Notes: generated by a model not told the origin, from the letters alone. Numbered from the stretch's first letter, positions 52,236 to 62,206 are shown. The stretch is 64,000 bases of DNA from Alphaproteobacteria bacterium (GCA_009784815.1 WQXN01000001.1:65857-129856); one strand, 5' to 3'. Made by a program: numbers and translations.

Positions 52236-53630
52236 ACGGGTGGTGGTTTGAGAACGGCGATCACCGAACTGATCCCGTTCCGTCTGTCTTAAAATTTGAA
52301 ACTGGTCGGTCGATATTATTCTTAAGACGAAGGTGCCGTCGGTCCGCTCGGACAATACTGGTATAATCCGACTCTCGTGCACTCCGCTGTCAATCAATAC
52401 TTGGTTGATTATGGCAAGTCGCCGCGCGGCAAGCCGTTTCGCGTCGGTGTTTCGCACTGCGTCTTCCGACACGGAAATCTGTATCGCGCGCTTGGGGTTG
52501 TTGGCAACCATAGCCGCGTATTCGCTTAAGATATTGAAGTTGTCCTGAGTCAGCGCGCTGTCGTTGTTGGCAAAGCTCATCCTGATTTCAAGCGTGCGGG
52601 GCTGCGCAGCGCTTGCGTTGATTGATTGGTTGCCGACGAATCCTTCCCTGACCGTAACTTCCCAATTATCCGACGCCATATCGAAGTCATCCATCGGCGA
52701 GAAAGTCGACAAATGTCGGTTTTCCGATATATAAGCCTTTTGGAACGCCTGCTTTAACGCGCGCGGGCTAAGCTGGTTTATATTCTGCGGTTCGGGATTT
52801 TTCAGTGCGAATTCTTCGCGCGGAGCTACGCGCACCACGGGTTTTGTTTCCAATACGCGCTGGCGCTGGTCTTGCGAAGGTTCCGCGGTTCTGGCCGTCA
52901 AAGTCGCGCCGACATTTGGGGTGGGGGCGGCCGATATTACTTGTTCGCGCACAGGCTGCGGTCGCGGTGCCGCAACTCGCGCGGCTGCGCGCTCGTTATT
53001 TTTATTCTCGATCATTTTGGCTATAGCGTTGTCCAACTGGGCCTGGCGGTTATGCGCGGGCCGCACGGCCGGCCTTTGCGCTACGCGCGTAGGCTGCTGA
53101 ACCTGCGCTTGTCTTATTATAGGAACCGGAAGCGGATCGGGCGGGAGAACTTCGGGCATAGTCGCAGCGCGCGCTATGCGCGGGGCGGGGGTGCCAAGCA
53201 AGCTTTCTTCCGGCAGTTCGAAATCGTCGTGAAGCCGCACGAATTCGTGAGCTTGCGGCATGCGTATAGCGGTCGGCGCCGCGGCGGGTCTGGTTGGAGG
53301 AAGCTGTTGCGGCGGTCTGGATTCAAAGTCGCCTTGCTGCCTTTGACCGCTGACCCACAATTCCGAATTGGGGCGGCGCGGCAGCAGCACGTCGGCGGAT
53401 TGATTATTCTGCGGCTGTTGAATCGGGCGCGGGGCGGGGCGGCTTGTCACCGATCGGGCCGATGCAGTCGCCGGAGTTTCTTTGGACATAATGGTTTTTA
53501 CGCCGAACAGTTCTTTTGCCGAAACCGGACCGCGTTCAAGTGACACCGACGGCAGACGCGCGGCGGCCACGGCTTGGAACGAAGCAAGCGCCGCAACTAT
53601 CGCAAAGATGCCGATTTTATTCCCCTTCAT
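52221..53630 (-). CDS. Secreted Pro/Gln/Ala-rich protein with an OmpA/MotB-like C-terminal domain
   Basis: Signal peptide MKGNKIGIFAIVAALASFQAVAAA (start at the ATG at 53630). C-terminus ...FANNDSALTQDNFNILSEYAAMV...TDAKRLAARRLAIINQVLIDSGVHESRI resembles OmpA_C. Confidence 0.65.
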   Translation of the reverse strand: MKGNKIGIFAIVAALASFQAVAAARLPSVSLERGPVSAKELFGVKTIMSKETPATASARSVTSRPAPRPIQQPQNNQSADVLLPRRPNSELWVSGQRQQGDFESRPPQQLPPTRPAAAPTAIRMPQAHEFVRLHDDFELPEESLLGTPAPRIARAATMPEVLPPDPLPVPIIRQAQVQQPTRVAQRPAVRPAHNRQAQLDNAIAKMIENKNNERAAARVAAPRPQPVREQVISAAPTPNVGATLTARTAEPSQDQRQRVLETKPVVRVAPREEFALKNPEPQNINQLSPRALKQAFQKAYISENRHLSTFSPMDDFDMASDNWEVTVREGFVGNQSINASAAQPRTLEIRMSFANNDSALTQDNFNILSEYAAMVANNPKRAIQISVSEDAVRNTDAKRLAARRLAIINQVLIDSGVHESRIIPVLSERTDGTFVLRIISTDQFQILRQTERDQFGDRRSQTTTRSMTW

Positions 53631-53713
53631 GCCATAATTGTACCTTAAATCGGCATAGCTGGTCAATGGCAAAATATCTTGCGCGCGATGCGCCCGTGGT
53701 GTATTATTGCACA

Positions 53714-54445
53714 ATGAAGAAATTTAGAATTCAAAAAAGATTATCCGCTTATCAGATGGATCCGACCGGAAGCCTGCGTCCCTTGATGCTTATGAACGAG
53801 CTGCAGGCCGCGGCAGATATTCATGCCGAGGAAATAGGCTTAGGCGTGTCATTTTGCCGCGAAAACAGCCTTGCCTGGGTCGCTTTATTCTTCCATGTGG
53901 ATATTCCGAAAATGCCGAACGCCTCGAACGACATAGTGATCGAAACCTGGCCCAGTTCTCGCGAGGGGGGGCTTCGCGCAATCCGCGATTTTTTGATCAC
54001 GGACGCACAAACGGGCGAAGTCTTGGTTCGCGCCACAAGCCAGTGGGTGATGATAGACATGATGACGCGCAGGCCGGTGGCTTTCGCTGAAAGGATTCCA
54101 AACCTGGTCGAGATTAACGAGCGCGCGCTTGATTTGCCTTTTGAAAAATTTCCCGATTTTGATCCGAATTCCTCGCAGATTGTCGCTCGGCGTTATGACG
54201 ACTATGACTTGAACCAGCACGTCAACAACGCCGTCTACGCGGTCTGGGCCACCGAAGCTCTTGGCGTGGAATTCCGCGGAAAACACAGGCTGCGCGGCAT
54301 TTCGCTGAACTTCAAGCGCGAAATTTCATTCGATGTTAAGGAGTTGAATATCGAAACGGCTTATAAGGATAAAAAGTCCGCCCACCGCATATCTTCGGAA
54401 GGCGTAATTCACGCTTATGTCGTCTGCGATTGGGTCCCAAGATAA
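53714..54445 (+). CDS. Acyl-ACP thioesterase family protein
   Basis: YQMDPTGSLRPLMLMNELQAAADIHAEEIGLG...LAWVALFFHVDIPKMP...IETWPSS. The second hotdog half carries YDDYDLNQHVNNAVY. Start at the ATG at 53714. Confidence 0.75.
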   Translation: MKKFRIQKRLSAYQMDPTGSLRPLMLMNELQAAADIHAEEIGLGVSFCRENSLAWVALFFHVDIPKMPNASNDIVIETWPSSREGGLRAIRDFLITDAQTGEVLVRATSQWVMIDMMTRRPVAFAERIPNLVEINERALDLPFEKFPDFDPNSSQIVARRYDDYDLNQHVNNAVYAVWATEALGVEFRGKHRLRGISLNFKREISFDVKELNIETAYKDKKSAHRISSEGVIHAYVVCDWVPR

Positions 54446-55722
54446 ATTCTTTCAAGTTTGTCATATTGGTATTTCGCCGAAGCGCGCGCGGCGCGGCTTG
54501 GCGCGATGCGGCTGTAAATTTTCCATAGGAATTTCCTTGTCCGCGGAAAATTCGCCAGCTGGATAAGGTTTATGAAATCCGCCGCCTCGACTATGTGATT
54601 GTTTTTTTGATCGCGCAGGTCCTGATACCACGGAGCGTGCGAATACATATCCATATATTTTTTCAGAAACTTCCTTGCGTATTTTTGGGGCCGGAACTTC
54701 ATGCCGAGATCCCGCATATTATTGTCCTTCAAAAACTTCCGGAAATATTCCGTCATGCCGACTATGAACGGGCCGTTCGGATGCGATACGGCAAGGAAAT
54801 TATGGTACGCTTTTATAACCGCGCATTCCGCGCCCGCCGCCTGGTTCAGCATGAACTGTATGTTAAAGGCTTCGGTGCGGTTCAGCATTATGATTTTTTT
54901 TGGTTTTAGCCCCGCTCCGAACACTATGTTGTGAAGCGCCGATCCGTTTATGCCCGCTATTTCCTCGGCTCCGATCGTTATGGCTATCTGTTCGCGCATA
55001 GGCAGCGTTTCCGGGCAATATGTTATGAATCCGTTTTTATTGAATATTTTTTCGACGTCATCCTCGCCCAAGGTTTCGGCTTTTTTCTTGGTAAGTTTTT
55101 TTCGCGACATATAGATCTTTTTATGCGCCCCGGGCGTCACATTCGCGGCGGCGGCTTTGAACGGGACAAGAAAATCTTCCGTAAAATCGGTGTTTGGCAG
55201 ACTTGACAGGCTTGGTACGGCAAGCTTTCGCACTTTCAAAACCTGGTTCGTGATCTTTATCTTTTCTATCGGTATGCCGCATAGTTCCAAAAAATCCAGC
55301 ATATAGTCCGGGATCGGAAACTTCCAAAGCCATACGAATATTATGCCGTCGAATTTATCCGCGTTCTGCAGGTAATAGTAAATGCGCGCGGTGCTTTGCG
55401 ATAAAAAATGGCCGTAGTGGTTTATCAGCTCTCCGCCCCAGACAAGCGCGGTGTCGGCGAAAGGCGGATTTTCGGGAAGCTGGCTTGTCATTTCCATATG
55501 CGGTTCCCACATATTGGATCCCATGACGTAACTGCCGTCTTCGCGGAAAATTCCCGCGTCCTGTCTTGGAAAATCCGGTCTGTCTTTTGGTTTTACTACC
55601 GGCTCGATTATTCCGTTGTTAAGTATTTCCGCCGTGTTTTTTCGGTCCGATTTGTAATCGCGGTTCCAGTGGTCCAGATTCCACTGCACTTGTTGCGGGC
55701 AATAGGATGTGACTTTCGGCAT
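54415..55722 (-). CDS. Glycosyltransferase family 61 / DUF563-like protein
   Basis: GGELINHYGHFLSQSTARIYYY matches the DUF563 'nyyHfl.e.l.rl' signature. 9-nt gap after tolB. Confidence 0.6.
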   Translation of the reverse strand: MPKVTSYCPQQVQWNLDHWNRDYKSDRKNTAEILNNGIIEPVVKPKDRPDFPRQDAGIFREDGSYVMGSNMWEPHMEMTSQLPENPPFADTALVWGGELINHYGHFLSQSTARIYYYLQNADKFDGIIFVWLWKFPIPDYMLDFLELCGIPIEKIKITNQVLKVRKLAVPSLSSLPNTDFTEDFLVPFKAAAANVTPGAHKKIYMSRKKLTKKKAETLGEDDVEKIFNKNGFITYCPETLPMREQIAITIGAEEIAGINGSALHNIVFGAGLKPKKIIMLNRTEAFNIQFMLNQAAGAECAVIKAYHNFLAVSHPNGPFIVGMTEYFRKFLKDNNMRDLGMKFRPQKYARKFLKKYMDMYSHAPWYQDLRDQKNNHIVEAADFINLIQLANFPRTRKFLWKIYSRIAPSRAARASAKYQYDKLERIYLGTQSQTT

Positions 55723-55731
55723 GGCGCGGCC

Positions 55732-57033
55732 TTAAGGTAGCAGGGGCGACCAGGACGGCGCGACCGCATTGCCTGGGGTCGGTATCTGATACATATTCCT
55801 TCCCATTATATCGACCGACATTATACGGCTTGTTCTATTATCGTCGCGGTCTGTGGTCGTGAACACAAGCCGCCTGCCGTTCGGCGCCCAGTTCGGAGCT
55901 TCCATAAACCAGCCGCTGGCCAGCGTTCGCTCGCTCCTTCCCTGAGGCGTCATGATCCCGATCGAGAACACGTCGCGATGCATTCTTGTAAAGGCTATGA
56001 AATCTCCGCGCGGTGACCAAGCGGGAGTCGCGTATCTGCCCGTGCCGAAAGATATGCGCTTTTCGGACAAGTCTTTTAGATTCATAATATGTATCTGTTG
56101 CGCGCCCGATCTGTCAGAATTAAAAGCCAAAAATTTTCCGCAGGGCGAGTATGAAGGAGAAGTGTCTATGATCTCGCCGAATGTCAGCTGGCGCAGGGAT
56201 TTTTCTTTAATATCGTATTCGTAAAGATTGACGCTCATGTCGTTCACAAGGCTTAGCGCGATTTTATTTCCGCAGGGCGAAAACCGCGGCGCGAAATTCA
56301 TGCCGCCGAAATTGCCTAGGCGTCTTTGCTCGCCCGTTGTTAAATCAAGCGTCCAGACCGAAGGCTCGTCATTTCTATAGGACAGGAATATCAGCGTGTG
56401 CATATTGGGCGAGAAATAGGGCGAGCCTACCATAACGTCCGAACCGGAAAGGTATCTTTGATTATGTCCGTCGTGGTCCATAAGCGCAAGCCGTCGCCTG
56501 CGGTTCGTCTGCGGGCCTTCTTCCGCTATGAATGCTATCTGCGTGTCGAAATAGCCGCCTTCTCCGGTAAGTCTTTTATATACTTCGTCGCCCATTATGT
56601 GCGACAGACGCCTCTTTGATTTGTCGGTCGCCACCAGGCTTTGCGCCTCTATCTGCTCTTGGCTGTCTATGTCCCAAATGAAGAACTGAAGTCTAAGCCT
56701 GCCTGTTCCGGCGCGGCTGATTTTCGTCTGAATAAGAGCCTGGGTTCGTATCAGCAGCCAGTCGTCAAAGCTTGGCAATTCTCCGAATTTTAACTTTTCC
56801 GGAAAGCTTTCGGGATCCAGCATACGGAACAAACCTGTCGATTCCAGATTTTTGCGCAAGACTTCGTTCAAATACTTGGCGTTTTCTGATAAGGCCTTGT
56901 TGTCCGGCTCGAACGGGACTATGGCGATGGGTATTTGCGGCGCGTTGCCCGCCACTATATCTACCACCAACTGAGCGTGTGCCGTGTAAAAAATAGCCAT
57001 AAACAAAGCAAAACAGAATATTTTCTTTATCAT
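55732..57033 (-). CDS. tolB: Tol-Pal system periplasmic protein TolB
   Basis: Signal peptide, N-terminal TolB domain (LVVDIVAGNAPQIPIAIVPF), and repeated propeller blades with P.FSP.G / PAWSPRGD / PNWAPNG. Confidence 0.9.
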   Translation of the reverse strand: MIKKIFCFALFMAIFYTAHAQLVVDIVAGNAPQIPIAIVPFEPDNKALSENAKYLNEVLRKNLESTGLFRMLDPESFPEKLKFGELPSFDDWLLIRTQALIQTKISRAGTGRLRLQFFIWDIDSQEQIEAQSLVATDKSKRRLSHIMGDEVYKRLTGEGGYFDTQIAFIAEEGPQTNRRRRLALMDHDGHNQRYLSGSDVMVGSPYFSPNMHTLIFLSYRNDEPSVWTLDLTTGEQRRLGNFGGMNFAPRFSPCGNKIALSLVNDMSVNLYEYDIKEKSLRQLTFGEIIDTSPSYSPCGKFLAFNSDRSGAQQIHIMNLKDLSEKRISFGTGRYATPAWSPRGDFIAFTRMHRDVFSIGIMTPQGRSERTLASGWFMEAPNWAPNGRRLVFTTTDRDDNRTSRIMSVDIMGRNMYQIPTPGNAVAPSWSPLLP

Positions 57034-57050
57034 TCGGGCATTTTAATACT

Positions 57051-57079
57051 TTGACAATAAAAAAGCAAACGATTATAAT
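57051..57079 (+). promoter_or_regulatory. Consensus sigma70 promoter TTGACA-N17-TATAAT, 8 nt upstream of the rluC-like ATG
   Basis: TTGACA 57051-56, exactly 17-bp spacer, TATAAT 57074-79. ATG at 57088, no SD. Confidence 0.6.
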
Positions 57080-57087
57080 AGAGCGAT

Positions 57088-57990
57088 ATGTCTGGAAAGA
57101 TTGTGCCGCTTAAAGTTCCCGCCACCATGGACGGAGTGAAACTGGATCGGTTCCTTTTAAGGAACTTTCCGGCTATGCCGCGCGCCGTGTTTCATAAAAT
57201 CTGCCGCTCGGGCGAGCTGCGCGTAAATTCCAAAAGGGCAAACGGCAGCGAACGCCTTGCGGCGGGCGATTTGGTTCGCGTGCCTCCTATGATGAACGAA
57301 TTCGTGAAAATACAAAAGTCCGAGGACGGATCGGGATTTTCCATGTCCGATCTTGAAGAGTTGCGGCGCGCGATCGTATATAACGATAAGGACATGGTCT
57401 TGTTCAACAAGCCTGCGGGACTGGCTTGCCAAGGCGGCACCGGGATCAAAAAATCCATGGACAAAATGGTGACCGCTTTGTTTCCGCACGACACGGTTAT
57501 GCCCGTGCATCGCTTGGACCGCGAGACAAGCGGGCTTATAGTCTTCGCCAAAAATCTTTCGGCCGCGCAAAACCTGTCCCAGCAGCTTCAGGAAAGATCC
57601 GCGTCGAAAGTTTATATTGCGGTTCTGGCCGGCGACGTCAAACCGAAAAATGGCGTGATCGAGACCGACTATGAAAAGCCGGCGGTGACCGAGTATAAAG
57701 TCTTGGGAAATATTCCAGGCAAAATGACTTTGGTGGAATTCAGACCTTTGACCGGGCGCACTCATCAGCTTAGACAGCACGCGGCGAAAGAATTGAAAGC
57801 CGCCATATTCGGCGACGATCTTTACGGCTTTAAGGGCGACTTGGCCAAGTATAAATTCGGAAAGATCGGCGGGCTTCATTTATTGGCGAAGAAATTATCC
57901 CTAAAGCATCCCGCTACGAATGAAGTCATGGAATTTTCCGCAACATTGCCCGAATTTATGATAGAATCGGTTAAAGCGCTGGAGTTATGA
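57088..57990 (+). CDS. RluA-family 23S rRNA pseudouridine synthase (RluC/D-like)
   Basis: S4-like N-terminus and catalytic motif HRLDRETSGLIVFAK. GRTHQLR. Confidence 0.85.
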   Translation: MSGKIVPLKVPATMDGVKLDRFLLRNFPAMPRAVFHKICRSGELRVNSKRANGSERLAAGDLVRVPPMMNEFVKIQKSEDGSGFSMSDLEELRRAIVYNDKDMVLFNKPAGLACQGGTGIKKSMDKMVTALFPHDTVMPVHRLDRETSGLIVFAKNLSAAQNLSQQLQERSASKVYIAVLAGDVKPKNGVIETDYEKPAVTEYKVLGNIPGKMTLVEFRPLTGRTHQLRQHAAKELKAAIFGDDLYGFKGDLAKYKFGKIGGLHLLAKKLSLKHPATNEVMEFSATLPEFMIESVKALEL

Positions 57991-60083
57991 GGAAAAACAA
58001 ACCCAATATATTTTTTAGAATATTCCGCCGTTTTGCGATAAGCTTTAGGCTGCTGATCCTGACGCTTATGGCCGCGGTCGCAAGTCTTGGCATCTATATT
58101 TACACCACCGATCCGAACCTATACAAGGACCGAATCATTTCGGAAATTCATAAGTCTTCCGGAGTGTCCGTCGACAAATGGGGCCACGTGTCCTGGGATA
58201 TTTCTCCGCGTCCCGTAATATCGTTCGAGGATGTTTACGTATCCTTCGAAGGCAATGCCGCGTCGCTTAAAAGAATGTCGGTCCGCATAAACCTTATATC
58301 GCTCTTACGCGAGCGCGTGTCCATCGAGCAAATAGCGATAAATAATCTTAAGCTTGAAATTTCCGAAGACATGAAGCCCGGGTCGCGCGGGCCCGTCATA
58401 GAGGGCGGCGGCGAAAGGCTTATACAAAATATCCCTGCGCGCGAATTGATTTTGCGCAACCCCGTCATAAAATTCGGCGGCGAAACTTACGCCCCCCAGC
58501 TGCTGCGATTGGTGATAGATCGCAAGTCCAGCTCGGACAGTTTGCAACTTAGGATAATATCCGGCGGCGATGTTTACGATATTCGCGCCACCGTCGCTCC
58601 GCTTAACGCCGAGCGTCGGGTCTATCCGATTCGCGCCACCGCTTTGGGCCGCGGTCTTGACCTTACCGCCGATCTTGCGCTTGAACGGACAAGCCTTGTG
58701 CCGATCGACTTCAAATTGCGCGGCACGGTCGTGGACACTTCGAATATTCTTGGAAAACTTGGATTGGAAATTCCCAAAATCATGCCGGTGAATATCATAG
58801 CGAACGGAGGGTTCGGGCATCACGACGTCACTTTCCGGCGCCTTGAAATCAAGTCGGCCCTGCCGCGCGGAGGCAGCGGTTTAACCGCCGTCGGAGAACT
58901 GAACTGGGGTCGCGCGCGGCCTTACGCCAAGCTGGATTTGAAATCCGATAGACTTGTTCTGGGTGAAATTTTTCCAACTCTGTATAACAAGCCCGTTCCA
59001 TGGCAAAGGCCCACGGATCGTCCGCTTAACGTATTCAAGGATTCGCCTATGCCGGTCGGAATATTGCAGGCTTGGGACGGTTGGTTCAAGTTGGATGTCA
59101 AATCCTTGGTCGTATACCGCGAGCTGAACATATCGGGCATCAAAGCCGAGGGCCTTCTGAAAAACCACGAATTCGCCGTGCTGGGATCGACTACGACTTG
59201 GGGCGGAAAATCCGAAACAAGTTTGCACGGCATTATAGAGGACGGAAAAATCTATGCCGCGGCCGAGGGGCGCGGGGAACGAGTTCAGGTGGCTCAGCTG
59301 CTTGCCGAGCTTAGGAATCCCGATCTGATCTCGCGGCTTCCGGCGAATTTCCAATTCGTGGCTCGCGCCGAAGGCGGCGACCTTACCGGTCTTATGAGCA
59401 CCGCGACCGGCCGTTTGCAAGCCAGGTCTTCGGGCAGGGGATTCGCCCACAAGGATCTGGTGTCCCATATATACGGCAAGGACTTTTTAACCAGTCTTGG
59501 CGGCGACGTGCGCGATTTGTTCCGGTCCAACCGAGACGAGGATCAAGTCAAAATCGACTGCGCCGCCGTCAACCTGAAAGTTCGTAACGGCCTAGCCGAA
59601 ACCCGCCACGGCATAGCGGTCGAAACCAGCGTATTCAACATAAACGTCGCGGGCGACATAGATCTTGGCCGCGAGACCTTGCGCGTGAATATGACTTCGC
59701 GCCCCGTCTCGGGCCTGCGCCTTAGCGTTACCGGAGACTTGATCAGCCTAATGGAATTTTCCGGCAACCTGGCCGAGCCTTCGATTACTCTTAACAGTTC
59801 CGGCGTGTTGAAAAAGACCGCTCACATGGGGGTCGGAGCGGTGGCGGGCCTTGCGCTTGCGCCTTTCACCGGCGGGGCAAGCCTTGCTATCGGAGCGGCC
59901 GGCGGCTGGATCGGGGGCAATTTGATTTCAAGCTGGCTGGCCGACAACAATCCATGCCGCACGGCTTTCGACGCCTCCAGCGCCCCGGTCAAGCGAAACG
60001 ATCCGCGCTTTATGAGAATCCCGTTGGCCGACGCAATGCAGGAGATCAGGGACGAGGCGAACAAGCGGCTTGCCGGAAACTGA
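57987..60083 (+). CDS. AsmA-family protein (698 aa)
   Basis: N-terminal anchor LLILTLMAAVASLGIYIY followed by ...DPNLYKDRIISEIHKSSGVSV...ISPRPVISFEDVYV. ATGA overlap with the upstream gene. Confidence 0.7.
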   Translation: MRKNKPNIFFRIFRRFAISFRLLILTLMAAVASLGIYIYTTDPNLYKDRIISEIHKSSGVSVDKWGHVSWDISPRPVISFEDVYVSFEGNAASLKRMSVRINLISLLRERVSIEQIAINNLKLEISEDMKPGSRGPVIEGGGERLIQNIPARELILRNPVIKFGGETYAPQLLRLVIDRKSSSDSLQLRIISGGDVYDIRATVAPLNAERRVYPIRATALGRGLDLTADLALERTSLVPIDFKLRGTVVDTSNILGKLGLEIPKIMPVNIIANGGFGHHDVTFRRLEIKSALPRGGSGLTAVGELNWGRARPYAKLDLKSDRLVLGEIFPTLYNKPVPWQRPTDRPLNVFKDSPMPVGILQAWDGWFKLDVKSLVVYRELNISGIKAEGLLKNHEFAVLGSTTTWGGKSETSLHGIIEDGKIYAAAEGRGERVQVAQLLAELRNPDLISRLPANFQFVARAEGGDLTGLMSTATGRLQARSSGRGFAHKDLVSHIYGKDFLTSLGGDVRDLFRSNRDEDQVKIDCAAVNLKVRNGLAETRHGIAVETSVFNINVAGDIDLGRETLRVNMTSRPVSGLRLSVTGDLISLMEFSGNLAEPSITLNSSGVLKKTAHMGVGAVAGLALAPFTGGASLAIGAAGGWIGGNLISSWLADNNPCRTAFDASSAPVKRNDPRFMRIPLADAMQEIRDEANKRLAGN

Positions 60084-60129
60084 TTTTTATGATATAATTC
60101 ATTAAATCTAGTAGGATAGGGAGTGTCTT

Positions 60130-62016
60130 ATGAGGAAAATTATATTAGGAGTTTTCGGACTTGTCATAGCCGTAACATCAAGCGACGCCGCCGTGTTGCG
60201 CGGACAGGCCATGGTCGCGGGAAGGGCTAATCAGCCGGGCTTGGTGAATATTGTGCGCGCGGCTGGTACGCCCGACGCCGCAAGGTCTGCGGTCGACGTC
60301 GCGACGATGGATGCTATGGTTCAGGTTGTGAATCCCAATACCGGAAACGTCATGTTGGAAAGCTTTTTACCGGACGGCACCACTCTTTATACAGACCCTA
60401 TGACCAACGAAAAATTTGTGATGGTTGACGGAGCTTTGGTGGCTTATATAGATGAAGACGACCGCATGATTCCGCATCTTAACGTGACGGTCCGCGAAGC
60501 GCGCGAAGTTTGTACCAATGTCAACGCTCATGGCTTCGAGGGCGAGTTCAACGAATTGACTTTCGAATGCATGGTGCCGATCGTAGCCTTGGGTCAGAAC
60601 GGAAAAGTCATATCCAGCGGTGACGGAGATGCGGTCGCGTTCTATCCGTTCGGTTCGGTCGTGCAGTGCAACGCCAACACATTTGACAGCATCCGCGTCA
60701 TGAGGCGCACTTCGCAATATGTGATCCCGGCCTTGATAGTCGGCGGCGCGGGTGTCGGCGCTGCGGTCGGGCATTTCTGGCCGCGTGGAAATTGTCCGGA
60801 AGGATTTGTAAGCGCGAATAATCGTTGCGTGCAATGTCCGGAAAATTATGTGCCGGTCCCGGATCAAAATATTTGCATTAATCATCAAACCGAAAGAATA
60901 GCCGTTATGAAAGAATCCAAAGGCGGAACCGTAACTGATCTTAGACCGACGCGCGCCGAAGACCTGCAGCGTTTGGCTAATCAGAATGCCGCCTCTGCGA
61001 CTTCTGTTTCGGCACCAAGGTCCGGTACGTCCGGCGAAAAATTTACAGAGTTTCAAAAGGAGCTGGACGAGTTGGACGAACGGTTTAAAAAGGAAGATAT
61101 ACAATTTTGGTGCGACGCCGCTCCGCGGAATTTAAGGCACGAAATAGGTAGCATATTTACTTCAAGCAAGACATGGAATTGTTTGGCTCAGAGCGAATTT
61201 GCTTCGATTTATAGGGCTGACGGCGCTTCGCCTCAAGTCTTTTTGACATCATTGTCGAACAGTGTGAATAATGCTAGGATGTTATTGCAGAATTTTAACA
61301 AGCTTAATGACGTTGAAGAATGTCGTAAGGCGGCAGAGTTTGGAAATTTTGTAAATAATAATGTCAGATTTAACTATGTGGCTAATGGTACATGCGGCAG
61401 CATAACTGGCCCCATGATTACGATTAGTTACAATATCAACGGTCAGTGGACGTACTTCGGAGAGACTAGGACGAGTGTTCCTCAGGGCGAGGCGGCTAAA
61501 AACAGGTTTATGGCAGACCTTAACAAGTTTGGAATTCCCCAAGGAGGCGGAATATTTGCCGCCACTCATATGTCGCGCTTGGATTCTAGGGTTACGAAAC
61601 TATCGCAACTTGCGAATGAGATCAATGATAGTCTAAGTAACGCGGAGATTTCCGTGCAAGAAAGAAACGAATTGCTTTCCAGAATTCTAAGGCTTGAACA
61701 GGAAATTGAAACTGTCACGGAAATGGAAACAATTCCGGGAGTGACGGCGGAAGAAAAGAAGGGATGGATGTCAAGGGTTTGGGGAAATAGGGTTGCGCGC
61801 GGAGCCATAATAGGCGCGGGCGCCGGAGCTGCAATCGGTATCGCTTACTGGTTCTATGAAGGCAGCCGCACCAAGTGCGACGTCGGTGGATTCCAGACCG
61901 TAGACCTTGGCAAGACTTATCGCCTGCCGACCTTCCGCGAGCATATACAAAGGAACCCTCCAATGATGACTCCGGTTCAACCGGTTCCGATGCCGACCCC
62001 GACTCCGGTTAATTAA
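60130..62016 (+). CDS. Large secreted/membrane Cys-containing orphan protein (628 aa)
   Basis: Signal peptide MRKIILGVFGLVIAVTSSDAA. Two Gly/Ala-rich TM segments (IPALIVGGAGVGAAVGHFW and GAIIGAGAGAAIGIAYWFY). Pro-rich tail. GGGAG RBS. Confidence 0.65.
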   Translation: MRKIILGVFGLVIAVTSSDAAVLRGQAMVAGRANQPGLVNIVRAAGTPDAARSAVDVATMDAMVQVVNPNTGNVMLESFLPDGTTLYTDPMTNEKFVMVDGALVAYIDEDDRMIPHLNVTVREAREVCTNVNAHGFEGEFNELTFECMVPIVALGQNGKVISSGDGDAVAFYPFGSVVQCNANTFDSIRVMRRTSQYVIPALIVGGAGVGAAVGHFWPRGNCPEGFVSANNRCVQCPENYVPVPDQNICINHQTERIAVMKESKGGTVTDLRPTRAEDLQRLANQNAASATSVSAPRSGTSGEKFTEFQKELDELDERFKKEDIQFWCDAAPRNLRHEIGSIFTSSKTWNCLAQSEFASIYRADGASPQVFLTSLSNSVNNARMLLQNFNKLNDVEECRKAAEFGNFVNNNVRFNYVANGTCGSITGPMITISYNINGQWTYFGETRTSVPQGEAAKNRFMADLNKFGIPQGGGIFAATHMSRLDSRVTKLSQLANEINDSLSNAEISVQERNELLSRILRLEQEIETVTEMETIPGVTAEEKKGWMSRVWGNRVARGAIIGAGAGAAIGIAYWFYEGSRTKCDVGGFQTVDLGKTYRLPTFREHIQRNPPMMTPVQPVPMPTPTPVN

Positions 62017-62058
62017 TATATCCAATGTCATTGTCAGGCTTGACCTGACGACCCAGGT

Positions 62059-62206
62059 AAAAAAAGCGGCGCCCCTTTTGGGGGCGCCCGCACACTATAT
62101 ATTTGTCAATACTATAAAATAATACCCTGCACTTCGTAAACTTTACATGGGCATAATTAACTATATTCAGATACTTATTTAACGTTTCACGTGAAGCGTC
62201 CGTATC
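62059..62206 (-). ncRNA. Candidate small RNA (about 147 nt) defined by promoter and terminator
   Basis: Begins about 6-7 nt downstream of a minus-strand TATAAT. Has a 5' imperfect palindromic hairpin. Its 3' end is GCGGGCGCCCC-CAAAA-GGGGCGCCGC plus U7. The only ORF is ATG CCC ATG TAA. Confidence 0.5.

Noticed and set aside
53966-53972. G7 tract inside the acyl-ACP thioesterase gene, plus several G5-G6 runs elsewhere
   Set aside because: These are short, in frame and within the range expected by chance. They are not grouped with the 9-10-nt tracts.
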